NCBI GenBank assembly: GCA_944392175.1
Contig: CALXVT010000005.1
Coordinates: 735-64,734 of the forward strand
Reading direction: 5' to 3'
From: an uncultured Clostridia bacterium
GTDB taxonomy: Bacteria; Bacillota; Clostridia; TANB77; CAG-508
DNA length: 64,000 nt
Shown: positions 38,118 to 47,131 of the stretch, one piece after another
Position numbering within the stretch: position 1 is the stretch's first letter
Layout: each line of letters starts with the position of its first letter
The notes under the pieces: model-generated
Seen by the model: the letters and a program-made list of their open reading frames with translations, nothing else
What the model was told of the DNA's origin: nothing
Database searches by the model: none
Made by a program: the position numbers and the translations under genes

Positions 38118-40211
38118 TTGAGCTACAAACCAAATGTAAAATTAAGATTTAATTTTTTAACAACCATAATTTATATAGTTGGTATTGTATTGTTATTACA
38201 ACTTTTCAATCTACAAATTGTACATGGCGAAGAATATAGAGAACAATCAAATACAAGGCTAACAAGAGAAAGTACAATAGAGGCAGATAGGGGCTCAATA
38301 TTAGATAAGAACGGAAATACTATTGTAGGAAATAATATGGGATTTAGTGTTGATTTATATAAAACTAAAATTGATGATCAAACATTAAACGAGACAATTT
38401 TAAAGATAATTACAGTGCTAGAACAAAACGGAGATTCATATATAGATGATTTTATTATAAATGTAAATCCATATGCATTTTCTACAGATAATCAAAATAC
38501 AATAGCAAACTTTAAAGAAGACCATGATATTGAAGAATCTGCAACAGCAGAAGAGTGCTTTAATAAACTTAAAGAAGAATATGAAATAACAAATACAGAT
38601 CCATTGGAAGCAAGAAAAATAATGGCAATAAGATATGCAATACAAACTGAAGGATATAGTAGTACAAGACCTTTACAAATATCTGATAACATATCAAGAC
38701 AATCAGCATTAATATTTAACGAGAGATCTTCAGAGTTTCCAGGAATAAATGTTGTAGTCGAACCAGTTAGAAATTATTCTCAAGGAACTACAGCAGCACA
38801 TATTGTTGGATATACTGGAAAAATTAGTTCAGAAGAATACAAAACTAGAAAAGACACATATGATAAAGATGATATTATTGGAAAAACTGGTATTGAATAT
38901 GCTTTTGAAGATTACTTAAAAGGACAAGATGGCATAAAGCAAATAGACATGAGTGTTGATGGAACTGTCCAAGAAGAATATGTAACTAAAGAAGCGGTAA
39001 AAGGTTCAGATGTCGTTCTTACAATAGATTTGAATCTGCAAAAAGTAACCGAAGAAGCATTAGCAAACAGTATAAAGAAAATTAATAGTGGAGGATATTC
39101 ACAACGATATGCTACAAATGCTGGTGCTGCAGTAGTAATGGAAGTAAAAACAGGAAAAATTCTTGCAATGGCAAGTTATCCAACATATAATCCACAAGAT
39201 TTTGTTGGAACAATATCAACTGAAAAATGGAATGAATATAATAATAATGTAGATAAGCCATTAAGAAATAAAGCAATTCAAGATAATTATGCACCAGGTT
39301 CTATATTTAAAATGGTAACTGCAATCACAGGCCTTGAAACAGGAGCTACTACTACAAAAGAAAGAGTTAGAGATACAGGAACATTTTATAAATATAATGA
39401 AAGCTGGAGATGTTGGTTAAGAGGTGGACATGGCTGGGTAAATATTACTACAGCAATAGAGAAATCTTGTAACTATTTCTTCTATACAATAGGAACAAGA
39501 ATAGATATAGATGATTTGGCAAAATATGCAAAATATTTTGGACTTGGAGTTAAAACTGGAGTAGAGTTACCAAGTGAAACTGCAGGAACAGTTGCATCAA
39601 GAGAAACTGCAGAAAAATATGGAAGAGGCTGGTATGCAGGTGATATGATGTCAGCAGTTATAGGACAAAGTTACAATTCATTCTCGCCATTACAAATGAC
39701 AAAATATATTAGTATGATTGCTAATAATGGAAAAATAGTAAATCCTACAATTGTAGAATCTGTTATTCGTGCAGATGGTACAGAAATAAATAAAGATGAA
39801 GTTGAAAAAGCGATAAAAGAAAAATTAGGAATAACAGACACAGAGGTTGAAGATTTAAATATTTCACAAGAAAGCATAAATGTTGCAAAAGAGGGTATGA
39901 AATCTGTTACTTCTGATGAATCTGGAACAGCATATAGTGTATTTAAAAATTTCCCAATAGAGGTTGGTGGAAAAACGGGTTCTGCAGAAACGGCAAGTGG
40001 TTCTGGAAATGGAAAAACTAATGCTTGGTTTGCAGGTTTTGCACCATATGATGATCCGGAGATAGCAGTAGTTGTATTCATAGAAAATGGAGGACATGGT
40101 TGGTACACTGGAGAAACGGTAAGAACAATTATGGAACAATATTTTGGAATGAATACAACACAAGTACAAGAAGATATGACTCAGATTCCTTATGTTGAGA
40201 CCTACAGATAA
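38118..40211 (+). CDS. mrdA: Penicillin-binding protein 2 (class B transpeptidase)
   Basis: It has a TTG start, an N-terminal TM segment and a PBP dimerisation region. The SxxK (PGSIFK), SxN (KSCN) and KTG (GKTGSAE) motifs are present. Confidence 0.88.
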   Translation: MSYKPNVKLRFNFLTTIIYIVGIVLLLQLFNLQIVHGEEYREQSNTRLTRESTIEADRGSILDKNGNTIVGNNMGFSVDLYKTKIDDQTLNETILKIITVLEQNGDSYIDDFIINVNPYAFSTDNQNTIANFKEDHDIEESATAEECFNKLKEEYEITNTDPLEARKIMAIRYAIQTEGYSSTRPLQISDNISRQSALIFNERSSEFPGINVVVEPVRNYSQGTTAAHIVGYTGKISSEEYKTRKDTYDKDDIIGKTGIEYAFEDYLKGQDGIKQIDMSVDGTVQEEYVTKEAVKGSDVVLTIDLNLQKVTEEALANSIKKINSGGYSQRYATNAGAAVVMEVKTGKILAMASYPTYNPQDFVGTISTEKWNEYNNNVDKPLRNKAIQDNYAPGSIFKMVTAITGLETGATTTKERVRDTGTFYKYNESWRCWLRGGHGWVNITTAIEKSCNYFFYTIGTRIDIDDLAKYAKYFGLGVKTGVELPSETAGTVASRETAEKYGRGWYAGDMMSAVIGQSYNSFSPLQMTKYISMIANNGKIVNPTIVESVIRADGTEINKDEVEKAIKEKLGITDTEVEDLNISQESINVAKEGMKSVTSDESGTAYSVFKNFPIEVGGKTGSAETASGSGNGKTNAWFAGFAPYDDPEIAVVVFIENGGHGWYTGETVRTIMEQYFGMNTTQVQEDMTQIPYVETYR

Positions 40212-40258
40212 CAAAAGAAGAAAATGATTTAAGCAAAAAAGTTAAATGGAGGCAAAAG

Positions 40259-40873
40259 ATGGCACAGTATGTAACAATTAATTTAAAAAAAGATGTAATA
40301 GTGATGAAAATAAGCGAAAAGGCATCTGAAGAAGATACATTAAAAAGTTTGAAAAAGAAACTTCCAGAACTTAAAAAATTATATCAAGCTGAAAAAACAC
40401 CAATTTTAGTAACAGGAAAAATACTTAAAAATAGGGAGATAAAAGAAATCCAAGATCTTATTCAAAAAACTATAAATGTAGAAGTAAATTTTGATACGCC
40501 AAAAGCCCTAGGCTTACATGGAATAAAAAGAACATATAATCAAGATGTTGGAATATCAGAAGCTAAAATACACAGAGGTTCGTTAAGATCAGGACAAAGA
40601 CTTGAATTTGAAGGTACATTAATTATTTTAGGCGATGTAAATGATGGTGCAGAAGCAATTGCGGGAGAAAATGTAATTGTTGTTGGAAATTTAAGAGGTC
40701 TAGCTCATGCTGGAGCAAAAGGAAATAAAAAAGCAATTATAGCTGCAAATAAAATAGAAAGCCCACAAATACGAATATCTAATATTATCAAAGAAATGGA
40801 AAAAAATGATGATGATTATAATGTTGCCTTAACATATGCATATGTGGACGAAGATAAAATAATAATAGAATAA
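40259..40873 (+). CDS. minC: Septum site-determining protein MinC
   Basis: The product is 204 aa. Its C-terminal beta-helix region reads GSLRSGQRLEFEGTLIILGDVNDGAEAIAGENVIVVGNLRGLAHAGAKG. Confidence 0.85.
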   Translation: MAQYVTINLKKDVIVMKISEKASEEDTLKSLKKKLPELKKLYQAEKTPILVTGKILKNREIKEIQDLIQKTINVEVNFDTPKALGLHGIKRTYNQDVGISEAKIHRGSLRSGQRLEFEGTLIILGDVNDGAEAIAGENVIVVGNLRGLAHAGAKGNKKAIIAANKIESPQIRISNIIKEMEKNDDDYNVALTYAYVDEDKIIIE

Positions 40874-40879
40874 AGAATT

Positions 40880-40914
40880 AGGATATAAGATTAAAAACCT
40901 TATATCCTTTTTTC
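40880..40914 (+). terminator. Rho-independent terminator after minC
   Basis: The stem pairs aggatataag with cttatatcct, followed by TTTTTT. Confidence 0.75.
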
Positions 40915-40917
40915 TTA

Positions 40918-40946
40918 TTGTATAGGAAAAATCACTTTTCTATATA
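40918..40946 (+). promoter_or_regulatory. Candidate sigma-A promoter driving a short non-coding transcript
   Basis: TTGTAT (40918-40923), a 17-nt spacer and TATATA (40941-40946). No plus-strand ORF lies downstream. Confidence 0.4.
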
Positions 40947-40952
40947 TAATAA

Positions 40953-41105
40953 AAATAAGATTGCACAGAAAATTGCAGAGCAATTTTGGTGAACGAACAT
41001 TTATTAGCTGTGCGAAGCAAAGCGAGCTACAGATAAGTTATACTATGAAAAGATGGGCATGTAAGTTATTTAAAAGGTCATAAAACTTTAATCATGCCCC
41101 TTTTG
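40953..41105 (+). ncRNA. Candidate ~150-nt orphan small RNA (family not recognised)
   Basis: It is bounded by the promoter-like element above and a long imperfect hairpin (gggcatgtaagtt...aactttaatcatgccc, 41055-41099) plus a T-run. The region is locally more G+C-rich than its flanks and has internal complementarity (gcacag/ctgtgc). It contains no RBS-preceded ORF. Confidence 0.3.
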
Positions 41106-41140
41106 CTCAATTGACCTAGTAATAATTAGAAATGCTGATA

Positions 41141-41386
41141 TCAAGACAATAAAAGCAATACAAGGCAAAACAATAATTCTTTATCATCAGTTTTTTCATT
41201 ATATAAAATAAAAAGTAAAATAATAATTAATAAATCGTCAAAATAGATTGATAAACCTAAGAAAGAAATACGATTGATATCTTCTTTTTTAGGCTTTTTT
41301 TGTTCATTAATTTTATCTTGACTATTATTATTTAAATGATGTGATGTATTGAAATTATTATAAAAATATGGTGGATATCTATACAT
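41141..41386 (-). CDS. Small hypothetical membrane protein
   Basis: MYRYPPYFYNNFNTSHH... is followed by a C-terminal hydrophobic segment. I prefer the ATG at 41386, which has GGCGGTGA 8 nt upstream. The track start is a GTG at 41398. Confidence 0.5.
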   Translation of the reverse strand: MYRYPPYFYNNFNTSHHLNNNSQDKINEQKKPKKEDINRISFLGLSIYFDDLLIIILLFILYNEKTDDKELLFCLVLLLLS

Positions 41387-41394
41387 TTTTGTGG

Positions 41395-41757
41395 TCACCG
41401 CCGATTGTTAGAATCACTATTTTTAAAGGATTCTAATAGAGGAAGTATTTTTAGTAGCTGAATATAATTATCAATTTTGGATTGTCTGCTTTCTCTTAAA
41501 AAAGGCTTTAATGCTAAAAGCAAATTTGAACCAGAATTAGATTTAGAAGAATTTAATTTTTCCATAATATTTTTAATTTTTAAAATAGTATCTAAATCTA
41601 TATCAGGAACTGTAGAACCATCATTTTTTGAGCTATTATTTGAGTTGTTAAAATTTTCTAAAATATGTTTTAAAGATTCAGCGTTAAAGCTATTTTCACC
41701 GTTAGAATTAACATTTTTTGCAAGATTGTTTAATATGTTTGAAATATCATCATCCAT
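41395..41757 (-). CDS. Hypothetical N/S-rich small protein ending in CGG-CGG-TGA
   Basis: The product is 120 aa. An AGGAGGTG RBS lies 7 nt upstream of the ATG at 41757. I recognise no family. Confidence 0.55.
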   Translation of the reverse strand: MDDDISNILNNLAKNVNSNGENSFNAESLKHILENFNNSNNSSKNDGSTVPDIDLDTILKIKNIMEKLNSSKSNSGSNLLLALKPFLRESRQSKIDNYIQLLKILPLLESFKNSDSNNRR

Positions 41758-41825
41758 AATGGCTCACCTCCTGCTTACTTAATAAAAAACTAATTTCCGT
41801 AGACTGTATAAAATCATAAATATAA

Positions 41826-41996
41826 TTAATGTCCGCTTTTGTTCTTATTATTTAAATCATTTTTTAATTTTTCTATAATTTGATCTTTGTTTTCTGATTT
41901 CATTATTTTATTTGCAACTTCTATGCTTTTATTCAAATCATCTTTACTAACATTTGAAAATAATTTCATTAATTTTGCCATATCAAGATTATCCAT
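41826..41996 (-). CDS. Small hypothetical protein (possibly SpoVIF-like, unverified)
   Basis: GGAGG precedes the internal ATG at 41996 (MDNLDMAKLMKLFSNVSKDDLNK...). The track start at 42026 has no RBS. Confidence 0.45.
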   Translation of the reverse strand: MDNLDMAKLMKLFSNVSKDDLNKSIEVANKIMKSENKDQIIEKLKNDLNNKNKSGH

Positions 41997-42214
41997 AAAA
42001 CCTCCAATCGAGCCATTAAAAGGCATAATAAATTTGTAATATATTAATAATATATGAACTGAATTAATCTATTATATTAAAAATTACAATAAAATGTTAA
42101 AAAAATATAAAAAAATTAAAAAATAAAAAAACGTCGAAAAAACAATTTCCGTTAGCTGACCAAAAAACAAAAAGTCAAAATTTACATAAAAAGTAAATAA
42201 ATATCGGAAAACCA

Positions 42215-42243
42215 TTGAAAAATAAGGGAAAAAAGTTTATAAT
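42215..42243 (+). promoter_or_regulatory. Sigma-A type promoter for the adhesin operon
   Basis: TTGAAA (42215-42220), a 17-nt spacer and TATAAT (42238-42243) lie 40 nt upstream of the ATG at 42283. Confidence 0.55.
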
Positions 42244-42282
42244 AGATATATGTGGAGTAATATTTTTTTATAGGAGGAAATT

Positions 42283-45200
42283 ATGAAGAAGGATCTTATA
42301 AACAAATTAGTCGCAGCAATTACAGTGATTTGTTTAATGATGTCATATATTAGCACATTAACAAGTTCTGTTTATGCTGCATATGAAGAATTAGAAAAAC
42401 AAGGAATAGTATCAAACAACAAAAATATTGAATTTGATGCATACTTTAAGGAAGGAGATTCGAAAAAGCACAGCATAGATGCAGATATATTTACAGAACA
42501 AAAACTTTATATACGAGTAAATGTAAAGAATGTTGGATATTTGCAAAATGCAGTAATTAATATTGATTCTCCAAATTTTGCTATTAAAAATTCATTTGCC
42601 GGAAATGAAAAAGTAAAATCTATTGATTATAACAATAATCAAATTACTTTAAATCAAATTGAGGCAGGAGAAGACATAGAAATAGAGCTTCCAATTGAAT
42701 TTGTTAGAAATGACAATATAAATTTAGACTATTTCTCTAAAGAAACAGAATTAAATATAACAGGTACATATTACAACGAAAATGGTAAAGAGAGAAATAT
42801 TAAATCTAGTATCACAACTAGATTAAATTGGAATGCAACAAAAAATGCAAAATTAACTCAAGAAGTAATAAAATATGGAGATTATGAAACAACTGAAACA
42901 ACAGGAACATATCTTCAAACAGAAATAACTTCATTAATTGAAAATAATGCATTACCAGTAAAAAATACAAAAATCGATGTAACAGTTCCAAGAATTTCAG
43001 ACAGATTACCAGACGAAGTTAGAATATTTGCTAATACAACTGCTACAAATGGAGATTCAGAAGGAACAGCATTTTCTAATGATATGTGGTATTATGATAA
43101 CAATTCTGGAAAAATAGAAATAAATATAGAAAACAAAGAAAATGATAATCAGGTAGTATGGAAAAAAGGAGAAGATAAATTCTATATTACATATATTTAT
43201 CATGATGTAAAAGCAGAGCCTATTACTGTAAATTTAAACGCAGAAGCAACAATACAAACATATATTGACGAAAATCAAGTTCAAGTAAATGAGAATAAAG
43301 ATATACAACTTGAAGAAAAATTAAATGAACTTGTAGGTTTAAATGCTTCAGCAACAAATGAAATTTATAAAGGATATATGTATGCAAATAATAAATATGA
43401 AACAGTATATAATTCTACAATAAATGCTAATATTGCATATGCTGATGCAGTAAATGAAATTGCTATTAACGAAGAAAATCCACAATTTATTGTAGATAAA
43501 GATGAGATGATCCAAGCTTCAGATAATATATATTATAAATCAATATCATTAAAGAAGAATATGTTTGATAAATTATTAGGAGAAGATGGAACAATCGAAG
43601 TATTTAATCAAAATGATAAAAAGGTTGCTGGAATAGACAAAAATACTGAGACAGACGAAAATGGTAATATAAATATTAATTTTGATAATCAAAACACTTC
43701 TGCTATCAAAATTGTGACATCAAAACCAATAACAGAAGGAATATTAACAATTAATGTAAATAAAGCAATAAAAGCAAAAACATCATTAACAAGAGCAGTT
43801 ATAAACGATATTGCAACAATGGAAACAATAGTTAATGGAAGTATTTCATTTGATGATATGGTAAAAGAACTTGTTGAAGATAAAGAAACTACAACATTAA
43901 AAGAAACAACAACTAAAGCAGAATTATATATTAACAATACAAATTTAACTACTACAACAAAAAATGAAAATGTAGAAATAAAAGCTATATTAAAATCAAA
44001 TGATAATACATGTGATTTATTTAGAAATCCAACAGTAGAAATAACATTACCTAATGAAATAGAAACATTAGAAATAAAAACAATTAATTTATTATACAAT
44101 GATGGAATATCTATAAAAGATTATAATGTGGTAACAAATAAAAATGGAACAAAGACAATAATAGTTACAATGCAAGGAGATCAAACAGACTTTGTTACAG
44201 ATATAAGTAAAGGTATAAATATTGTAATAAATACAGATATAACATTAAAGAAAACTGCAGCTAGTGCAAATAAAGAAGCAACATTAAAAATAACTAATGA
44301 AAAAGCAATTAGTTATGAAAATGATGGAACATATAAATTACCAGTAAATATATATGCTCCTCAAGGAGTTGTATTATTAAGTAGTGTTTCTAATTTTGAT
44401 AAAGATGATGAAGAAGTAGTATCTTTATCAAATAAAGAACAAGCTGGAAAAATTGAAACAATGTCAGATTCTAAAAAAGTAACAATGAAAGCTACAGTAA
44501 TAAACAATTATGGAAAAGATATAAATAATCCAAAAGTACTAGGAAGAATTCCATTTGAAGGAAATAAAAAATCAAATGGTGAAGATTTAGGAACAACATT
44601 AAATACAGTAGTAACTTCTGGAATTGGAGTTTCTGGAGTGGATTCAAAATATGTAACTATATACTATAGTGAAAATGGAGAAGCTACAGAAGATTTAAAT
44701 AACGAACAAAATGGTTGGACAACAAAAGTTTCAGATTGGAGCAAAGTAAAATCTTATTTAGTAGTATTAAATAATTATACAATGCCTCAAGGAACTTCAT
44801 TTGATATGGCATATGAAGTAGAAATACCAGCAAACTTAACACATAATGAAAATGCATTTGGAACATATACAGTATTTTATGATGATGTTGAAGATGATCA
44901 AGTAATAGCACAAAAAACTATTGCACCAACAGTTGGTGTATCTACAGGAAAAGGACCAGAATTAAATGCACAAATTAGTGCAAATGCACAAAACACAGCT
45001 TCAACACAAGATGCAATAGAATATACTGTAACTGTTAAAAATGATGGTGAAGTTGATGCTACAAATGCCAAATTAAAAGTTAATTTACCAGATATGGTAG
45101 ATTATGCAGAATTGATTGAAGAGCCTATGGGTACAAGATATGAGGCAAAACCAGATCAAAGAACAATCGAATTAAATTTAGGAGATATAAAAACTGGAGA

Positions 45201-47112
45201 AAGTAAAGAAGCAACATTTGCTGTAAAACCAAATAAAGAAGGAAACTTTAAATTAACAGTTGAACTTTCTGCAGATAATTTAGAAAAAGCTACACAAGTT
45301 GAAACAGCAGAAATTCAAGTAACAAAAGCAAGTTTTTATATTGAATTTTTAACACCAACAGAAGAAAATACAAGTGTTGGAAGTGTAGTAGAATACTATG
45401 TAAATATTTCTAATGCAACAGATGAAAAAATAAACAATGTAAAAGCTACAATACCAATGCCAGAGAATGTTGAATATGTAGAAGCATTTTCACAAGGATA
45501 TGCTGGAGAGGATCAATCAACAGATGGTGTAAGCTATAATGAAAAAGATAAAGTTTTAACATTAGATGTTGGAAATATCGAAGCAAATTCTGGAGCTTCT
45601 AGAAACTTCATATTTAGAGTAAAACCAACAAGGGAAGAAACAATCAATATGCAAGTTGAAGTTTCTGGAAACAATGTAGCAAATCAAAAGAGTGAAATAA
45701 TTAGACATACAGTAGGAAATAGTAAATTAGAAGTAACAACATCTACAGATGTTGATAAAGAATATTTACAACTTGGTGATGAAATCACATATACTATAAG
45801 AGTTAAAAATACAAGTTCTGGTTTAATTAAAAATGTAAGAGCATCAGTTACAATACCAGATAACTTAAAATATTTAAATACAACATATTCAATAGATGAC
45901 TTACAAATCTTCGATGGATATTTATTAGAAAATAAAGTATCAACAGCAACAGTAGACTTAAATGCAGGAGAAACACTTATCTTTGTAGTTAAAGCAGCAG
46001 TAAACAAAATAACAGATCCAACTAAAGAAGAAGAAGATTCAAATGTTAAAGTTGAAGTTGAGGGCGATGGAACAGATAAATACGAAGATGAAATAAAAAA
46101 TAAAATTGAAAATGAAGATGTTCAAGATGGTAACACATTTAGAATTTCTGGTAGTGTATGGTATGATGAAAATAGAAACGGAACAAAGGACAATAATGAA
46201 CAAATGCTTTCAGGAATACCAGTATCATTAGTTGATGCAGAAACAGGAGATGCTGTTAGAAATTCAAATGGTGATGATATCACAGCAACAACAGATTCAA
46301 ATGGTGAATATATACTTTCAGATATTATAAAAGGAAAATACATTGTTAAATTCCAATATGATAATTCAACATATTCAATAACAGAATATAGAAAACAAGG
46401 AATTGATGATGATGTAAACTCAGACGCAATTAATACAACAGAAAATAATGGAATTGCTATTACAGATAGTTTAGATATTACAGACTCTAGTATGAGTAAT
46501 ATTGATTTAGGTTTAGTAACAAAAGGAGTATTTGATTTACAACTAAATAAATCTATAACAAAAGTTCAAACAACAGATGGTAAAAATAATAAATCAACAG
46601 ACTTAGATAAAGATAAAATTACAAAAATTGATGTTGATGGAAAAAGAGCAGAAAATACAAATGCAGTTATAGAGTATACAATTACAATTACAAACAATGG
46701 TAATGTACCTGGATATGCTAAAAAAGTTGTAGACTATATACCAGAACAACTTGAATTTAGTTCAAACTTAAATGAAGATTGGTATATGTCAGGAGATACA
46801 GCAGTAAATACTAGTCTTGCTGATGTAGTAATAAATCCAGGAGAATCTAAAGAACTTAAATTAATATTAACAAAGAAAGTTGGAGAAGACGTAATAGATA
46901 CAATAACAAATAGAGCAGAAATTACAGAAGCATACAATGATCAAGGTTTACTTGATACAACATCAGATGAAGATGAAGCAAATTCATCAGCAAACGTAAT
47001 TGTAGGTATTAAAACTGGTGGACCAGTAACATATATAACATTAACATTAGCAATATTTGCAATTATAGGATGTGGAGCATACTTAATTAATAAAAAGGTT
47101 TTAAATAAGTAA
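42283..47112 (+). CDS. Large surface protein with signal peptide, repeated DUF11 (conserved repeat) domains, an SdrD-B-like domain and a C-terminal GIKTG + TM + basic tail
   Basis: The product is 1609 aa with signal peptide ...SSVYA/AYE. The DUF11 units include AIEYTVTVKNDGEVDATNAKLKVNLP, VVEYYVNISNATDEKINNVKATIPMP and EITYTIRVKNTSSGLIKNVRASVTIP. The SdrD-B-like segment reads ISGSVWYDENRNGTKDNNEQMLSGIPVSLVD...TDSNGEYILSDIIKGKYIVKF. The C-terminus is VGIKTGGPVTYITLTLAIFAIIGCGAYLINKK. Confidence 0.85.
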   Translation: MKKDLINKLVAAITVICLMMSYISTLTSSVYAAYEELEKQGIVSNNKNIEFDAYFKEGDSKKHSIDADIFTEQKLYIRVNVKNVGYLQNAVINIDSPNFAIKNSFAGNEKVKSIDYNNNQITLNQIEAGEDIEIELPIEFVRNDNINLDYFSKETELNITGTYYNENGKERNIKSSITTRLNWNATKNAKLTQEVIKYGDYETTETTGTYLQTEITSLIENNALPVKNTKIDVTVPRISDRLPDEVRIFANTTATNGDSEGTAFSNDMWYYDNNSGKIEINIENKENDNQVVWKKGEDKFYITYIYHDVKAEPITVNLNAEATIQTYIDENQVQVNENKDIQLEEKLNELVGLNASATNEIYKGYMYANNKYETVYNSTINANIAYADAVNEIAINEENPQFIVDKDEMIQASDNIYYKSISLKKNMFDKLLGEDGTIEVFNQNDKKVAGIDKNTETDENGNININFDNQNTSAIKIVTSKPITEGILTINVNKAIKAKTSLTRAVINDIATMETIVNGSISFDDMVKELVEDKETTTLKETTTKAELYINNTNLTTTTKNENVEIKAILKSNDNTCDLFRNPTVEITLPNEIETLEIKTINLLYNDGISIKDYNVVTNKNGTKTIIVTMQGDQTDFVTDISKGINIVINTDITLKKTAASANKEATLKITNEKAISYENDGTYKLPVNIYAPQGVVLLSSVSNFDKDDEEVVSLSNKEQAGKIETMSDSKKVTMKATVINNYGKDINNPKVLGRIPFEGNKKSNGEDLGTTLNTVVTSGIGVSGVDSKYVTIYYSENGEATEDLNNEQNGWTTKVSDWSKVKSYLVVLNNYTMPQGTSFDMAYEVEIPANLTHNENAFGTYTVFYDDVEDDQVIAQKTIAPTVGVSTGKGPELNAQISANAQNTASTQDAIEYTVTVKNDGEVDATNAKLKVNLPDMVDYAELIEEPMGTRYEAKPDQRTIELNLGDIKTGESKEATFAVKPNKEGNFKLTVELSADNLEKATQVETAEIQVTKASFYIEFLTPTEENTSVGSVVEYYVNISNATDEKINNVKATIPMPENVEYVEAFSQGYAGEDQSTDGVSYNEKDKVLTLDVGNIEANSGASRNFIFRVKPTREETINMQVEVSGNNVANQKSEIIRHTVGNSKLEVTTSTDVDKEYLQLGDEITYTIRVKNTSSGLIKNVRASVTIPDNLKYLNTTYSIDDLQIFDGYLLENKVSTATVDLNAGETLIFVVKAAVNKITDPTKEEEDSNVKVEVEGDGTDKYEDEIKNKIENEDVQDGNTFRISGSVWYDENRNGTKDNNEQMLSGIPVSLVDAETGDAVRNSNGDDITATTDSNGEYILSDIIKGKYIVKFQYDNSTYSITEYRKQGIDDDVNSDAINTTENNGIAITDSLDITDSSMSNIDLGLVTKGVFDLQLNKSITKVQTTDGKNNKSTDLDKDKITKIDVDGKRAENTNAVIEYTITITNNGNVPGYAKKVVDYIPEQLEFSSNLNEDWYMSGDTAVNTSLADVVINPGESKELKLILTKKVGEDVIDTITNRAEITEAYNDQGLLDTTSDEDEANSSANVIVGIKTGGPVTYITLTLAIFAIIGCGAYLINKKVLNK

Positions 47113-47131
47113 GGAAAGGAGGAAGGAAATT

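Noticed and set aside
39671-40214. Minus-strand ORFs 39671..40108 and 39864..40214, plus 38436..38692 and 39112..39294
   Set aside because: They are antisense to the PBP2 transpeptidase domain, which carries clear SxxK, SxN and KTG motifs on the plus strand.
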